From assembly GCA_964364855.1 (NCBI GenBank), contig CAYINU010000001.1:23110-75356 (forward strand): 52,247 nt of DNA, written 5' to 3'. The notes under the pieces were generated by a model that saw only the letters and a program-made list of their open reading frames with translations, made no database searches and was not told where the DNA came from. The position numbers and the translations under genes are program-made. Numbering within the stretch: position 1 is the first letter of the stretch; each line of letters starts with the position of its first letter. Of the stretch, positions 23,835-32,456 are shown one piece after another. This stretch comes from an uncultured Candidatus Marinamargulisbacteria bacterium (lineage in GTDB: Bacteria; Margulisbacteria; Marinamargulisbacteria; CAYINU01).

Positions 23835-26560
23835 TAGTTGCCTCCTTCCCATTGTTTGATGAGGCTTTCGATTTCCTGGATGGCCTCGCCAAATGCGACC
23901 CAGCTGGCCGTTTTGGCGGATTGTTTGAGGCGTTTAAATTCGGTGGCAATCATTTCCCAGATCATGTCGTTTTCCGGTTTAATATGATCCGTTTCAGCGG
24001 GATTGGCCGGTGTTCCACGAAACACGCGTGAGATGGCTTCGTTAAGGGTTTCTTCCATCACAACTTGGTCATTGTAGGCAAAGACGACGCGTTTGAGTTC
24101 CGGCAGTTTACTCTGAATGGCCTGCAGATAGATGGGTTCCACATAGATCAGGGCATCCTCGATAGGAATAACCATAAGGTTGCCACGGATCACACGAGAA
24201 CCAACCTGACTCCACAACGTAAAATGTTGCGAAATTTCGGTGTCCTGGTCAATACGGGATTCGATTTGCATGGGGCCAAAGACGGTTTTTTCTTTGGGGA
24301 ACCGAAACACCGTCAACTTGCCATAGTCGGCACCATCGCAATTGGCGCTCATCCACGCGATCATGTTGTTTTTATCAGTCGGGGTGAATGGCATCATCAG
24401 CATAAACGACTCCCTCGGATCGTGGGGCAAACGGCTCACGATGTAGTAAGCCGCCATCGTCTGCTGGCCCTTTTCACTGGTTTCTTGAGGCAAGGCCCAG
24501 ACATCTTCACGGTTGTAAAATACCTGTGGGTCCTGCATGTGGTAGGTGCAATACATGGATACCTGTCGGGTGAACAGATCTCGGGGGTAGCGCATGTGGC
24601 TTTTAATGGATGCCGGCATATCGTCTGCTGGCCGGAAAAGGCGAGGGAAAATGCGTTTGTAGGTGGCAATAATGGGGTCTTTCGGATCGGTCACATAGAA
24701 TCGCACCGTACCGTTGTAAGCATCGATGGTGGCCTTAACTGAATTTCGGATATAGTTTATGCCGTCGGTATCCGGCTCCGAATACGGATAGGTGGAGCTG
24801 GTCGTATACGCATCTATCATCCACACCAAACGACCCTGATCCGTAATCACCAAATAGGGGTCCGAATCAAAGGTTAAAAACGGTGCCAGGGCCTGCAGCA
24901 GTTCAGTAACGGTGCGGTTCATCAACAGCCGGCTGTTTCGGGTGATCTGCGGGCTGATCAGCAGATTGATATCCCGCAATTTGAGGGCGAATAGTAGGCG
25001 CTTGTAATACCGGTCGATCAAAATGCCGCCCCTGCCGTTATATTGCGTATAGACATTGTTGTTGCCCTTGGGGTAGTCAAATTCTTCTTCGTGGGTATTC
25101 ACAATGGCGTAGTCGCTAGCCTTTTCGCCGAAATAAATTTCGGGCCGGGTGATGACGGCATCAATGGCCGACACCGGGGGCAGGTCTTTGATATAAAACT
25201 TTGGCAGTCCTTCCGGCGTGACTTCGTTTACCGGAGACATGCATACCCCATAGCCGTGGGTATAAACCAGATGCCGGTTTAGCCAAGTCTGTGCCTGGTC
25301 GCTGAGACGTGACGTGTTGAGTTCGCGCACCGATAGCATGACCTGCCGGAGCTTCCCATCCACCATGTATCGGTCCACATCGATGCCGGGGAATTCGTAA
25401 TACAGTCTGATTTCCTGTAGCTGGCTAAAAGTCTGTTTGAGCGGTACTTCATCCCAGAGCCGAACATTGTCCAGGGTAGTCTGGTTGTTGCGAATGTCTG
25501 CGTACGTTAGATTGGTTTTGGCGGGGAATTCGATTTCTTTGACATGGTGCAGGTTGAATCCCTGACGGGTGAATCGAATGTTGTGCCGGATATAGGGCCG
25601 TTCTTTGGCCAGCTCGTTGGGGTCAACGACATAACTTTGGACAATTCCCGGATAGACGCGAACAGCACCCACATAGACCACCAAAGTCACCAAGAAAAGG
25701 TAAACCACTCTGATGGCAGAAACCTTCGATACGCCGACGACCACGCAGCTCAGGGCAAGAAACGCCAACAAGCCTGCTGCCAGCAGATAGCCCCATTGGG
25801 TGACATGCGCGTCGACATAGCCAGCCCCGAATAGCACCGTATTGGGATTAAATAGGAGACCGAATGGCTTAAGCCACGTTCCGAATGACCAGATGGCAAA
25901 TAGTGCCGCCAGCAGGATCATGAGATGGGTTTTCAAACCGCTGATTTTCTGATGCGGCCAGACGATATAGATCAGGATGCGGCGGTAGGCATAGGTGAGT
26001 CCGGTCAACAACAGCGTCAGGATTACCAGGGCCAATAGCCAATAATATACAAAACGCAAAAACGGCAAAGTAAACACATAAAATCCCAGGTCTTTTCCAA
26101 AAATAGGATCGGTTTGTCCAAAGGGAACCTGGTGCCAGCATTTGGCAATCGTATCCCATTGCGAGACGGCCGCGTTGGCCAATATCAACGCGCCGCCCAA
26201 CGTGACAGACCACGTGAGGACATTAAAAAAGCGCAGCGACGTCGTGGCGCGCGTGCGGCTGAAGTTGGATAACAGCTGGACGATTAGCTGTGCCACCACC
26301 GACCTGGGCGGCTCGGAGGTTACCCATTCCGTAGGGTCCGAGACCGCCCGTGCGATGCGGACATTGCCCCAAAGCACCCCAAAGGCGAGGGCAAAAAAGG
26401 TGGCAAAAACGCCGGTCTGCCACGTGATAGCGCGTACCCAAGTTGCCCGGTATCCCAGCGATGAAAACCATAGCACGTCCGGGTAAACCTGCAAAATCAG
26501 ATACAGCGGCACGCCCAATAGCAGCGCCAAAATCAGCAGTCGAACCAATGGCCGTTTCAT
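23834..26560 (-). CDS. UPF0182-family large integral membrane protein
   Basis: 908 aa. Seven N-terminal TM helices or so, beginning LYLILQVYPDVLWFSSLGY, and a large extracytoplasmic C-terminal region. Size and layout are typical of UPF0182 (COG1615). Confidence 0.75.
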   Translation of the reverse strand: MKRPLVRLLILALLLGVPLYLILQVYPDVLWFSSLGYRATWVRAITWQTGVFATFFALAFGVLWGNVRIARAVSDPTEWVTSEPPRSVVAQLIVQLLSNFSRTRATTSLRFFNVLTWSVTLGGALILANAAVSQWDTIAKCWHQVPFGQTDPIFGKDLGFYVFTLPFLRFVYYWLLALVILTLLLTGLTYAYRRILIYIVWPHQKISGLKTHLMILLAALFAIWSFGTWLKPFGLLFNPNTVLFGAGYVDAHVTQWGYLLAAGLLAFLALSCVVVGVSKVSAIRVVYLFLVTLVVYVGAVRVYPGIVQSYVVDPNELAKERPYIRHNIRFTRQGFNLHHVKEIEFPAKTNLTYADIRNNQTTLDNVRLWDEVPLKQTFSQLQEIRLYYEFPGIDVDRYMVDGKLRQVMLSVRELNTSRLSDQAQTWLNRHLVYTHGYGVCMSPVNEVTPEGLPKFYIKDLPPVSAIDAVITRPEIYFGEKASDYAIVNTHEEEFDYPKGNNNVYTQYNGRGGILIDRYYKRLLFALKLRDINLLISPQITRNSRLLMNRTVTELLQALAPFLTFDSDPYLVITDQGRLVWMIDAYTTSSTYPYSEPDTDGINYIRNSVKATIDAYNGTVRFYVTDPKDPIIATYKRIFPRLFRPADDMPASIKSHMRYPRDLFTRQVSMYCTYHMQDPQVFYNREDVWALPQETSEKGQQTMAAYYIVSRLPHDPRESFMLMMPFTPTDKNNMIAWMSANCDGADYGKLTVFRFPKEKTVFGPMQIESRIDQDTEISQHFTLWSQVGSRVIRGNLMVIPIEDALIYVEPIYLQAIQSKLPELKRVVFAYNDQVVMEETLNEAISRVFRGTPANPAETDHIKPENDMIWEMIATEFKRLKQSAKTASWVAFGEAIQEIESLIKQWEGGN

Positions 26561-26656
26561 ATCGTCATTAAAACTCTACAAGATGGAGCGGTATTTTGGC
26601 CATTGCCGCTAAAAAGAGGCATTCATTTTTTGCCGTAAATAAAGGGGTTACCTCTG

Positions 26657-27598
26657 GTGGCGATCTGTGATAATTTCTCACGAATTACAATGTCCTATTT
26701 CAAACAAGTTGCGGTAGAAAATGACAGTGCCCGGCAGGTTCCGGACAATAGCGTCTGTTGTCCCATCACATTTGAGCCTTATTCGGAAAAAAATCCACCG
26801 ATGTTCGTTTGCACGAACGCGCATCGCATCGGTCTTGTGGCATTGGAAGAAATAGAAAAATTGCGACCCGAAATGCAGTGTTGTCCGTTTTGCCGTAAAC
26901 GATTGGGAAGCATTAGGAGAAGGGATGATGACTACCTTCAAATTTTGGCGCCGGCCCATGACCGCCTTTTACCGACGTGGCCAGAGCTGGATATAGCCCA
27001 TCGAGGTACCCTTAGCGCCATCGACCAGTTATTCTCTCAGGTTAGTAGGTCGGATTCGGATATAGATACTGATCGCGTTAATCGCGTTTCTAATCAGGCC
27101 GTCTCGGCGCTGAAGCCGCTGGTTGAAATTTATGGTTCCGGACATCCTGAACTGGCTTACCGGCTGGCCACAGCGGCGTATTATAAAAACGACATGTATA
27201 CCGCACTGCTGAGCCTGCCAGATCGATATCGGGCCGAACATCTTATCGAGTTGCAGTGCAGACAATTCCGCCTGGAGATCTTGGATGGCATGGGGCTGGT
27301 GCCCAAGGGCGCATGGTCCACTCTCAATGATCAGCTTGGGTGCCTGTCGATTACACCTGAAACCCGGTATCGGGTTACCTATCTGACTCTGATGACAGGT
27401 TTATTTCTGGTCAAGGAAACCCGGTCTAAATTCATTAACGATGCGAGAGTACGGGTGCTTTTGGCCGGCCCGCCTCCTTTAGATCGTGCGCGGGTGTTAC
27501 AACTGTGTGGCGCGGCGGATAGTTTTATAGACGACAATCCCGATTGTAGGGAGTTACTTTTACCGGTGACGACTTTTTTGAGGCAACTTGCTGGCTGA
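26657..27598 (+). CDS. Hypothetical protein with an N-terminal U-box/RING-like domain and a helical C-terminal region
   Basis: VCCPITFEPYSEKNPPMFVCTNAHRIGLVALEEIEKLRPEMQCCPFCRKRL resembles the U-box/RING layout (CPI[ST]xE...H...CPxC). GTG start at 26657, with an alternative ATG at 26690. The domain call rests on pattern recognition only. Confidence 0.5.
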   Translation: MAICDNFSRITMSYFKQVAVENDSARQVPDNSVCCPITFEPYSEKNPPMFVCTNAHRIGLVALEEIEKLRPEMQCCPFCRKRLGSIRRRDDDYLQILAPAHDRLLPTWPELDIAHRGTLSAIDQLFSQVSRSDSDIDTDRVNRVSNQAVSALKPLVEIYGSGHPELAYRLATAAYYKNDMYTALLSLPDRYRAEHLIELQCRQFRLEILDGMGLVPKGAWSTLNDQLGCLSITPETRYRVTYLTLMTGLFLVKETRSKFINDARVRVLLAGPPPLDRARVLQLCGAADSFIDDNPDCRELLLPVTTFLRQLAG

Positions 27599-30448
27599 TA
27601 GCGCGGCTAATACTTGAGCCACGCTTAACGTGGAGTCTGTTATCTGATTTAGTATTTGGCGAAGATCTCGGATTTTCATTTTCATGATATGTCCCAAATC
27701 GATCAGTTGAGCCTGGTCATCGGGTATTTTTCCCAACTCACGATGCAGCGTCAGAATTTGATCTGCATATCCGGAAATGTCGGCTTCACCTACTGAAATT
27801 CGAATACCCGTTCCCGCGTCCGTAATAGCGGCAGATGAGAATCCGAAGCTCATGCGTCGGGTGGCGCCAAGTGGGGCCAGGCGTAAGTAGAGAAGGTGCG
27901 TGATGATGATGGCTAGCCGCTCTTGCGCCCCCCCGATTGGTAATCCGGATATATGCTTTTGCACGGCCTCTGCCAGGCCAGTCGTATGGAGGGACACGAA
28001 CAAGCCATCGACATGGGTTCGTTCCCCCACCGTTAGTCCGACCTGGCTTTTCACTGGCCTCGTGGAAAGAGGCAATTTTAGGATCAATTCCTGATACAAG
28101 GCATTGGCCTGTGTGCCCAAATCGGGATATCGTTGAAGTAGTAGTTGTGCCGTGAACCCATGTAAAAACGCAAACATGCGTTCACTGGAGGCTGGCATGG
28201 GGGTATGATGATGCCATCCATCCAATGCCGCCATAAACGCCTTTGCCACGTGATTATTTCCTATGACGATTGTGGCGCCACCCGTTAGCCTATCTCCACC
28301 GAATTGGACGACCTTTGCCAAGCTCGTGACCAATACCAGCAGCATATTGGGATGTGACTTTACGGCCTTAATACACGCCAATACATCGGGATGAAGGTAA
28401 GACACCGTCGTGATATCCAATACGATTACGGTCTGTTGATCCGCCCTTCGCTGGCTGACTGCCTGCAAGATCTGGGTGATAGGCAGGTTGGCGTCAGTCG
28501 GTTGTGTGGAGTCATTAGTTCGGATATCGGTGACGATAACACAGGGTTGGTGGGAACGAGATAGGTCGTCTAGCGATTGCTGAGAATCGATCATTACGCC
28601 TGTCGCAAACCTGCTGCACAACCTACCTCGGCCTATACCGTTAAGGTGCTCAAAATAGTAACTATGCTGAACCCCCACCCGAACCGGGCCAAATGCACGG
28701 AGTGAAAGCATGACATTCAAAAACGACTGGGATCCACTGGCCGTAAAACGGGGGTAAATACCAGTGCTTTCATCCAGATAAGGTGAATAGATGTCGGATA
28801 GCACATGATCAAACGGTTTACCCGGATTCAAAAATTGTAAAAAAATCAGGACAGTTTCGGAGAACGTTTCGAAGCCACTTTCAATACCCAATACATCCGC
28901 ATCCCCAAGGGACTGTATGTAGCGCCATCCATCCCGAAACATCCGCATCGAAAGGTCCAATACGCTTTGGCGGATATTGGGGCATTGTGTGACCAGCGTT
29001 ATCAGCGGTTGGCAAGCGTGAGGGTCCAGTAACAAACAAATCAGCCCCTCCGCCATCTGCGCGATGACGTTGGCACGTGCGGACCTTAGAACCCGATGCG
29101 TCTTGCTTTGAATCGGGAGCTGATCCCTTGCAGCTTGGGATAATTTTAAAAAGAGATTACAGACCCAGGCGCGAAAGTCAATCTGCTCCGGGATGGGCCC
29201 GCGTCTTTCGACCAAGGTCGCCTGAACCGGCTGTTTGGCCTCAAGTTGGGTAGCAAAGTCTTGGTCAATGACGGTCTGCCGAATCGTGGTAGACGGAGGC
29301 AAGGCAAATGAGGCTAGCAGTGAACGAAGTTCACCCAGCCGCTTGTGCTGGCTGGTAAACATCACCACGATACCACTTCCCCCATCATGTGCCTGACCAT
29401 CCGGTCCCAAGCAAACCACCCATAAAATGCCAGGGTGGTGACTGAGATTTACGATTGCCGAAATGACCGGCGGGATCGCTTTGGGAAACTTCTGAATGAC
29501 CGGAGTAAGATCGGCAACACATAGCTGGGAGGAAGAGCCGATTACTTTGGCTTCGTCGTTTAGCCAGCGGGCGGTTTCAATCAGTGCTTCACCTGTGTCG
29601 GGAGGCGGTATACTGACAAATGTCATGTGAGCGGTGCTATTAACAATACCCAAGAGATAGTTGTAGTTTGTGACCAATACGGGTTTGACCCCGTCTCGTG
29701 TCCATCGACGGGATAATAGCTGAGCCGGCCCATCAAGCATGTTTCGTGTGTAAATGGATCTGGTCAAATCCTTGGGCCCCGTGATTTTTGCGTATAAATA
29801 ATCCCCTGCCCCTTTTTGAGCGGGGTCCGACAGGGTCGGGCGTGGGGCATTCTTGTGTAGGGTTTCGTGAGCGAGCGGAGCCAATCTTGATAACATGTCG
29901 CGTACCAGTGCGCGTAGGCTATCATTATCCTGTGCAGCTTCCAGCTGGGCGAGCAGAGCACGGATAGTGGTCGACAGTTGCGCTTCGAAACGGAAGACTT
30001 CCGTTGGCATTTTTAATAAGGCGTCAGTTCCCGAACATCTTTCCCAGCCTTCCCTTCGGCTAAAATCGATGCTCATTTGAGGGCCCCATACTGGGGCAGA
30101 TACCTTGGAAACCTGTGATTTGTTAAAGTCGGGCAAGTCCGACGGAAGGGGCTTTGGGGGTGTTGACGGTAGAAATGCAATTGCACGTCGTTGGCGTGCT
30201 GATGGGGTTACTTGAAGGGGAGGAGAAGGATAAAATGCGGCTGCCCGCCTAGCAAGGCGTGATGCCGAAAGCGGCGGATGAGTTGGGGCCGGCTGATCGT
30301 GGGTCAGGCAGAAAATGCAATGTTGGAGGTGGCCTAAGAAAAAATCTAGCGATTCCCCTGTTTGAACAGATGCGGTATAGGCCCCCACCTTCCCACTGAT
30401 GTCCGTACCGGCTGTACCAGCAAGTTGCTTTTTAAAAAAGTGCAGCAT
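27560..30448 (-). CDS. Large (962 aa) hypothetical protein: Pro-rich N-terminus, unknown central region, PLP-dependent fold-type-I-like C-terminal half
   Basis: A long uninterrupted ORF. The C-terminal 400 aa or so are collinear by eye with Cys/Met-metabolism PLP enzymes: TASGSQSF ~ TxSGMxAI, VIVLDITT ~ vvvDNTf, LVTSLAKVVQFGGDRLTGGATIV ~ vvhSaTKylgGHsDvvgGavv, RMSFGFSSAAIT ~ SLGGvESLi, GIRISVGEADISGYADQI ~ liRlSvGiEdveDLiaDl. Confidence 0.55.
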   Translation of the reverse strand: MLHFFKKQLAGTAGTDISGKVGAYTASVQTGESLDFFLGHLQHCIFCLTHDQPAPTHPPLSASRLARRAAAFYPSPPLQVTPSARQRRAIAFLPSTPPKPLPSDLPDFNKSQVSKVSAPVWGPQMSIDFSRREGWERCSGTDALLKMPTEVFRFEAQLSTTIRALLAQLEAAQDNDSLRALVRDMLSRLAPLAHETLHKNAPRPTLSDPAQKGAGDYLYAKITGPKDLTRSIYTRNMLDGPAQLLSRRWTRDGVKPVLVTNYNYLLGIVNSTAHMTFVSIPPPDTGEALIETARWLNDEAKVIGSSSQLCVADLTPVIQKFPKAIPPVISAIVNLSHHPGILWVVCLGPDGQAHDGGSGIVVMFTSQHKRLGELRSLLASFALPPSTTIRQTVIDQDFATQLEAKQPVQATLVERRGPIPEQIDFRAWVCNLFLKLSQAARDQLPIQSKTHRVLRSARANVIAQMAEGLICLLLDPHACQPLITLVTQCPNIRQSVLDLSMRMFRDGWRYIQSLGDADVLGIESGFETFSETVLIFLQFLNPGKPFDHVLSDIYSPYLDESTGIYPRFTASGSQSFLNVMLSLRAFGPVRVGVQHSYYFEHLNGIGRGRLCSRFATGVMIDSQQSLDDLSRSHQPCVIVTDIRTNDSTQPTDANLPITQILQAVSQRRADQQTVIVLDITTVSYLHPDVLACIKAVKSHPNMLLVLVTSLAKVVQFGGDRLTGGATIVIGNNHVAKAFMAALDGWHHHTPMPASSERMFAFLHGFTAQLLLQRYPDLGTQANALYQELILKLPLSTRPVKSQVGLTVGERTHVDGLFVSLHTTGLAEAVQKHISGLPIGGAQERLAIIITHLLYLRLAPLGATRRMSFGFSSAAITDAGTGIRISVGEADISGYADQILTLHRELGKIPDDQAQLIDLGHIMKMKIRDLRQILNQITDSTLSVAQVLAALSASKLPQKSRHR

Positions 30449-30601
30449 TAAGCATTATCGAAAAATGCCAGGCGTGGTTTCAGTTGGCATTACGCTACCC
30501 TGTGACGACCCTACCTAGGGGGGGGTGAGTTGACTAAACGCTAAAAACACAAGAAAATCCCGTACAGATTACTTCTCTAAACTGTCCAGATGATGGGGGG
30601 G

Positions 30602-30631
30602 GTCAGAAACTACAATGTCAGAAACTACAAA
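30602..30631. repeat. 15-bp tandem duplication GTCAGAAACTACAA(T/A), 2 copies
   Basis: Read directly from the sequence. It lies just downstream of a G8 tract (30595-30602) and upstream of the lipoprotein signal peptide. Confidence 0.8.
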
Positions 30632-30653
30632 AAGAAGCGAAAAACCGAGGAAA

Positions 30654-31130
30654 ATGATGCGCAAAATAAAAATGACTATGTTTGGAATTATTGCAATTGT
30701 GGGGTTAGTCGCGCTAGGTATGACTGGGTGTGGAAAAGTAACCGAATCGACAGTTGAAACGCCGGTAGTTGAAACATCTCCAGACCTATCGAGGACGGTA
30801 ACAAATGGCGCGTTTTCATATACTTTGAGTGTATCGACCCCTAATGCTAATAGCAATTTAACCCTGACGATAAAACCAACCGATACGGCAACGCCGTTTC
30901 GCTATGCTTTTCTGGCAACGCGTACGTCCGGGACCGGGACGATTACCTATGACAATTCGTTTACCGCTGGGGGCAATCTGTCTTTAGGGTATTTCAATTT
31001 TACCGGGCAGAAAGAAATAGCGTTGAACTTTTCTACAATGGGTAGCGTTTACGCAATTGGGATCACGGTTCAAAACAGCGCCGGTACGACCACGCTATCC
31101 AGCGCGACCCTCAATGTGACGGTTCAATAG
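30654..31130 (+). CDS. Small putative lipoprotein (Thr/Ser-rich, probably beta-rich)
   Basis: MMRKIKMTMFGIIAIVGLVALGMTGCGK is a signal peptide with a lipobox (LGMTGC). A GAGGA SD precedes the ATGATG at 30654/30657. I recognise no homolog. Confidence 0.6.
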   Translation: MMRKIKMTMFGIIAIVGLVALGMTGCGKVTESTVETPVVETSPDLSRTVTNGAFSYTLSVSTPNANSNLTLTIKPTDTATPFRYAFLATRTSGTGTITYDNSFTAGGNLSLGYFNFTGQKEIALNFSTMGSVYAIGITVQNSAGTTTLSSATLNVTVQ

Positions 31131-31170
31131 AAGATATTGGGAGTTAAGCTATGCCGCTCCGAGTGAACGT

Positions 31171-31234
31171 GTATTTTTGACCGGACTCTAAAATACTCGC
31201 GAGTATTTTTGACAATGGGTGAAAATACTCGTAT
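31171..31234. repeat. 32-bp tandem repeat, 2 copies, each holding the inverted pair GTATTTT/AAAATAC; the junction forms a perfect 20-bp palindrome AAAATACTCGCGAGTATTTT (31190-31209)
   Basis: Unit 1 is GTATTTTTGACCGGACTCTAAAATACTCGCGA and unit 2 is GTATTTTTGACAATGGGTGAAAATACTCGTAT, both read directly from the sequence. Confidence 0.85.
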
Positions 31235-31237
31235 GAT
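31209..31237 (+). promoter_or_regulatory. Near-consensus sigma70-type promoter TTGACA-17 nt-TATGAT
   Basis: -35 TTGACA at 31209-31214 and -10 TATGAT at 31232-31237 with a 17-nt spacer. The predicted start site falls at or next to the ATG at 31245, which suggests a leaderless or very short-leader mRNA. The promoter is embedded in the 32-bp repeat and palindrome. Confidence 0.5.
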
Positions 31238-31244
31238 TGCGCCT

Positions 31245-32366
31245 ATGAACCTAAAAAAGCGATATCTTTCGGATCAGGTCGAGCAAGACCTGATGGCAAA
31301 AATGGTCTTTGTCGGCGGACCGCGACAGGTGGGCAAGACAACATTGGCCAAATCGCTTCTGGGTCCTGATAAAGCCGGCTATTTGAACTGGGACATTGCC
31401 CAAGACCGAGAGAGGATACTGCGACATGAATTGCCGGATGTACCGTTCTGGGCCTTCGATGAAATCCACAAATACAAGAGCTGGCGTAGCTATTTAAAAG
31501 GAGTGTATGACCAATTTGGGCGATCGAAAAAAATAGTGGTAACCGGAAGCGCAAAACTGAATCTTTATCGTCGCGGCGGGGATTCTCTGCAAGGACGCTA
31601 TCACTATTTGCGGCTACATCCGTTGAGTGTGGCTGAGCTTCGTATAGATACCAAAGGTGACTTTGACGATTTATTGGAATTGGGGGGGTTCCCAGAGCCA
31701 TTTTTTTTGGGAAAGGCGATAGAGGCCAAGCGCTGGTCGCGGGAATACCGACAACGTCTCATTCAAGATGATCTGACCGCCTTAGAAAGCATTCGGGATT
31801 TGGGGAACTTGGAGCTTTTAATGTTACGCTTACCTGACTTGGTGGGCTCGCCCTTATCGGTGAATGCACTACGAGAGGACCTGGGCGTGAGCCATAAAAC
31901 GGTTGCCCATTGGTTGGACGTTTTTGCCAATTTGTATGCCATCTTTCGGGTCTCACCGTTTGGTTCTCCTTCGATACGCGCCGTCAAAAAGGAACAAAAA
32001 CATTATCATTTTGATTGGACATTGGTTACGGATCCGGGTGCGCGATTTGAAAATATGGTGGCTTGTCATTTACTGAAATGGGTGCAATTTGAGCAGGACA
32101 CGAAGGCCCGCGAACTGGAGCTGCGTTACTTCCGAGACATTGATGGACGCGAAGTTGATTTTGTTGTCACCGACAATGGGAAACCCATTTACGCCATCGA
32201 ATGCAAAAGCGGTATAAAAGACATTAATCCCGCCTTGCGGTATTTCAAGGCGAAATTTCCCGATTGTACCGCGTGGCAAGTCTCAGCCACTGAAGGATCT
32301 GCCTATATCAACCGAGATGGTGTGAAATATAGCCACGCGCTGGAGCTGCTTAAGGGATTGGTTTAA
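31245..32366 (+). CDS. AAA-family ATPase with a DUF4143-type C-terminal domain
   Basis: Walker A GGPRQVGKTTLAK, Walker B-like WAFDEIH, and a C-terminal FENMVACHLLK...LRYFRDIDGREVDFVV motif typical of the AAA_14/DUF4143 family. Start chosen at MNLKKRYL on the promoter geometry; the track ORF starts at a TTG at 31209. Confidence 0.8.
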   Translation: MNLKKRYLSDQVEQDLMAKMVFVGGPRQVGKTTLAKSLLGPDKAGYLNWDIAQDRERILRHELPDVPFWAFDEIHKYKSWRSYLKGVYDQFGRSKKIVVTGSAKLNLYRRGGDSLQGRYHYLRLHPLSVAELRIDTKGDFDDLLELGGFPEPFFLGKAIEAKRWSREYRQRLIQDDLTALESIRDLGNLELLMLRLPDLVGSPLSVNALREDLGVSHKTVAHWLDVFANLYAIFRVSPFGSPSIRAVKKEQKHYHFDWTLVTDPGARFENMVACHLLKWVQFEQDTKARELELRYFRDIDGREVDFVVTDNGKPIYAIECKSGIKDINPALRYFKAKFPDCTAWQVSATEGSAYINRDGVKYSHALELLKGLV

Positions 32367-32456
32367 TAAAGTTACGATTCGCGCCTTCACCCGAGATGGC
32401 CATGGGCATAAGCGGGGCTTTCCAGTCGAGGGGGGGTAGGCTAAAATAGAGCAACA

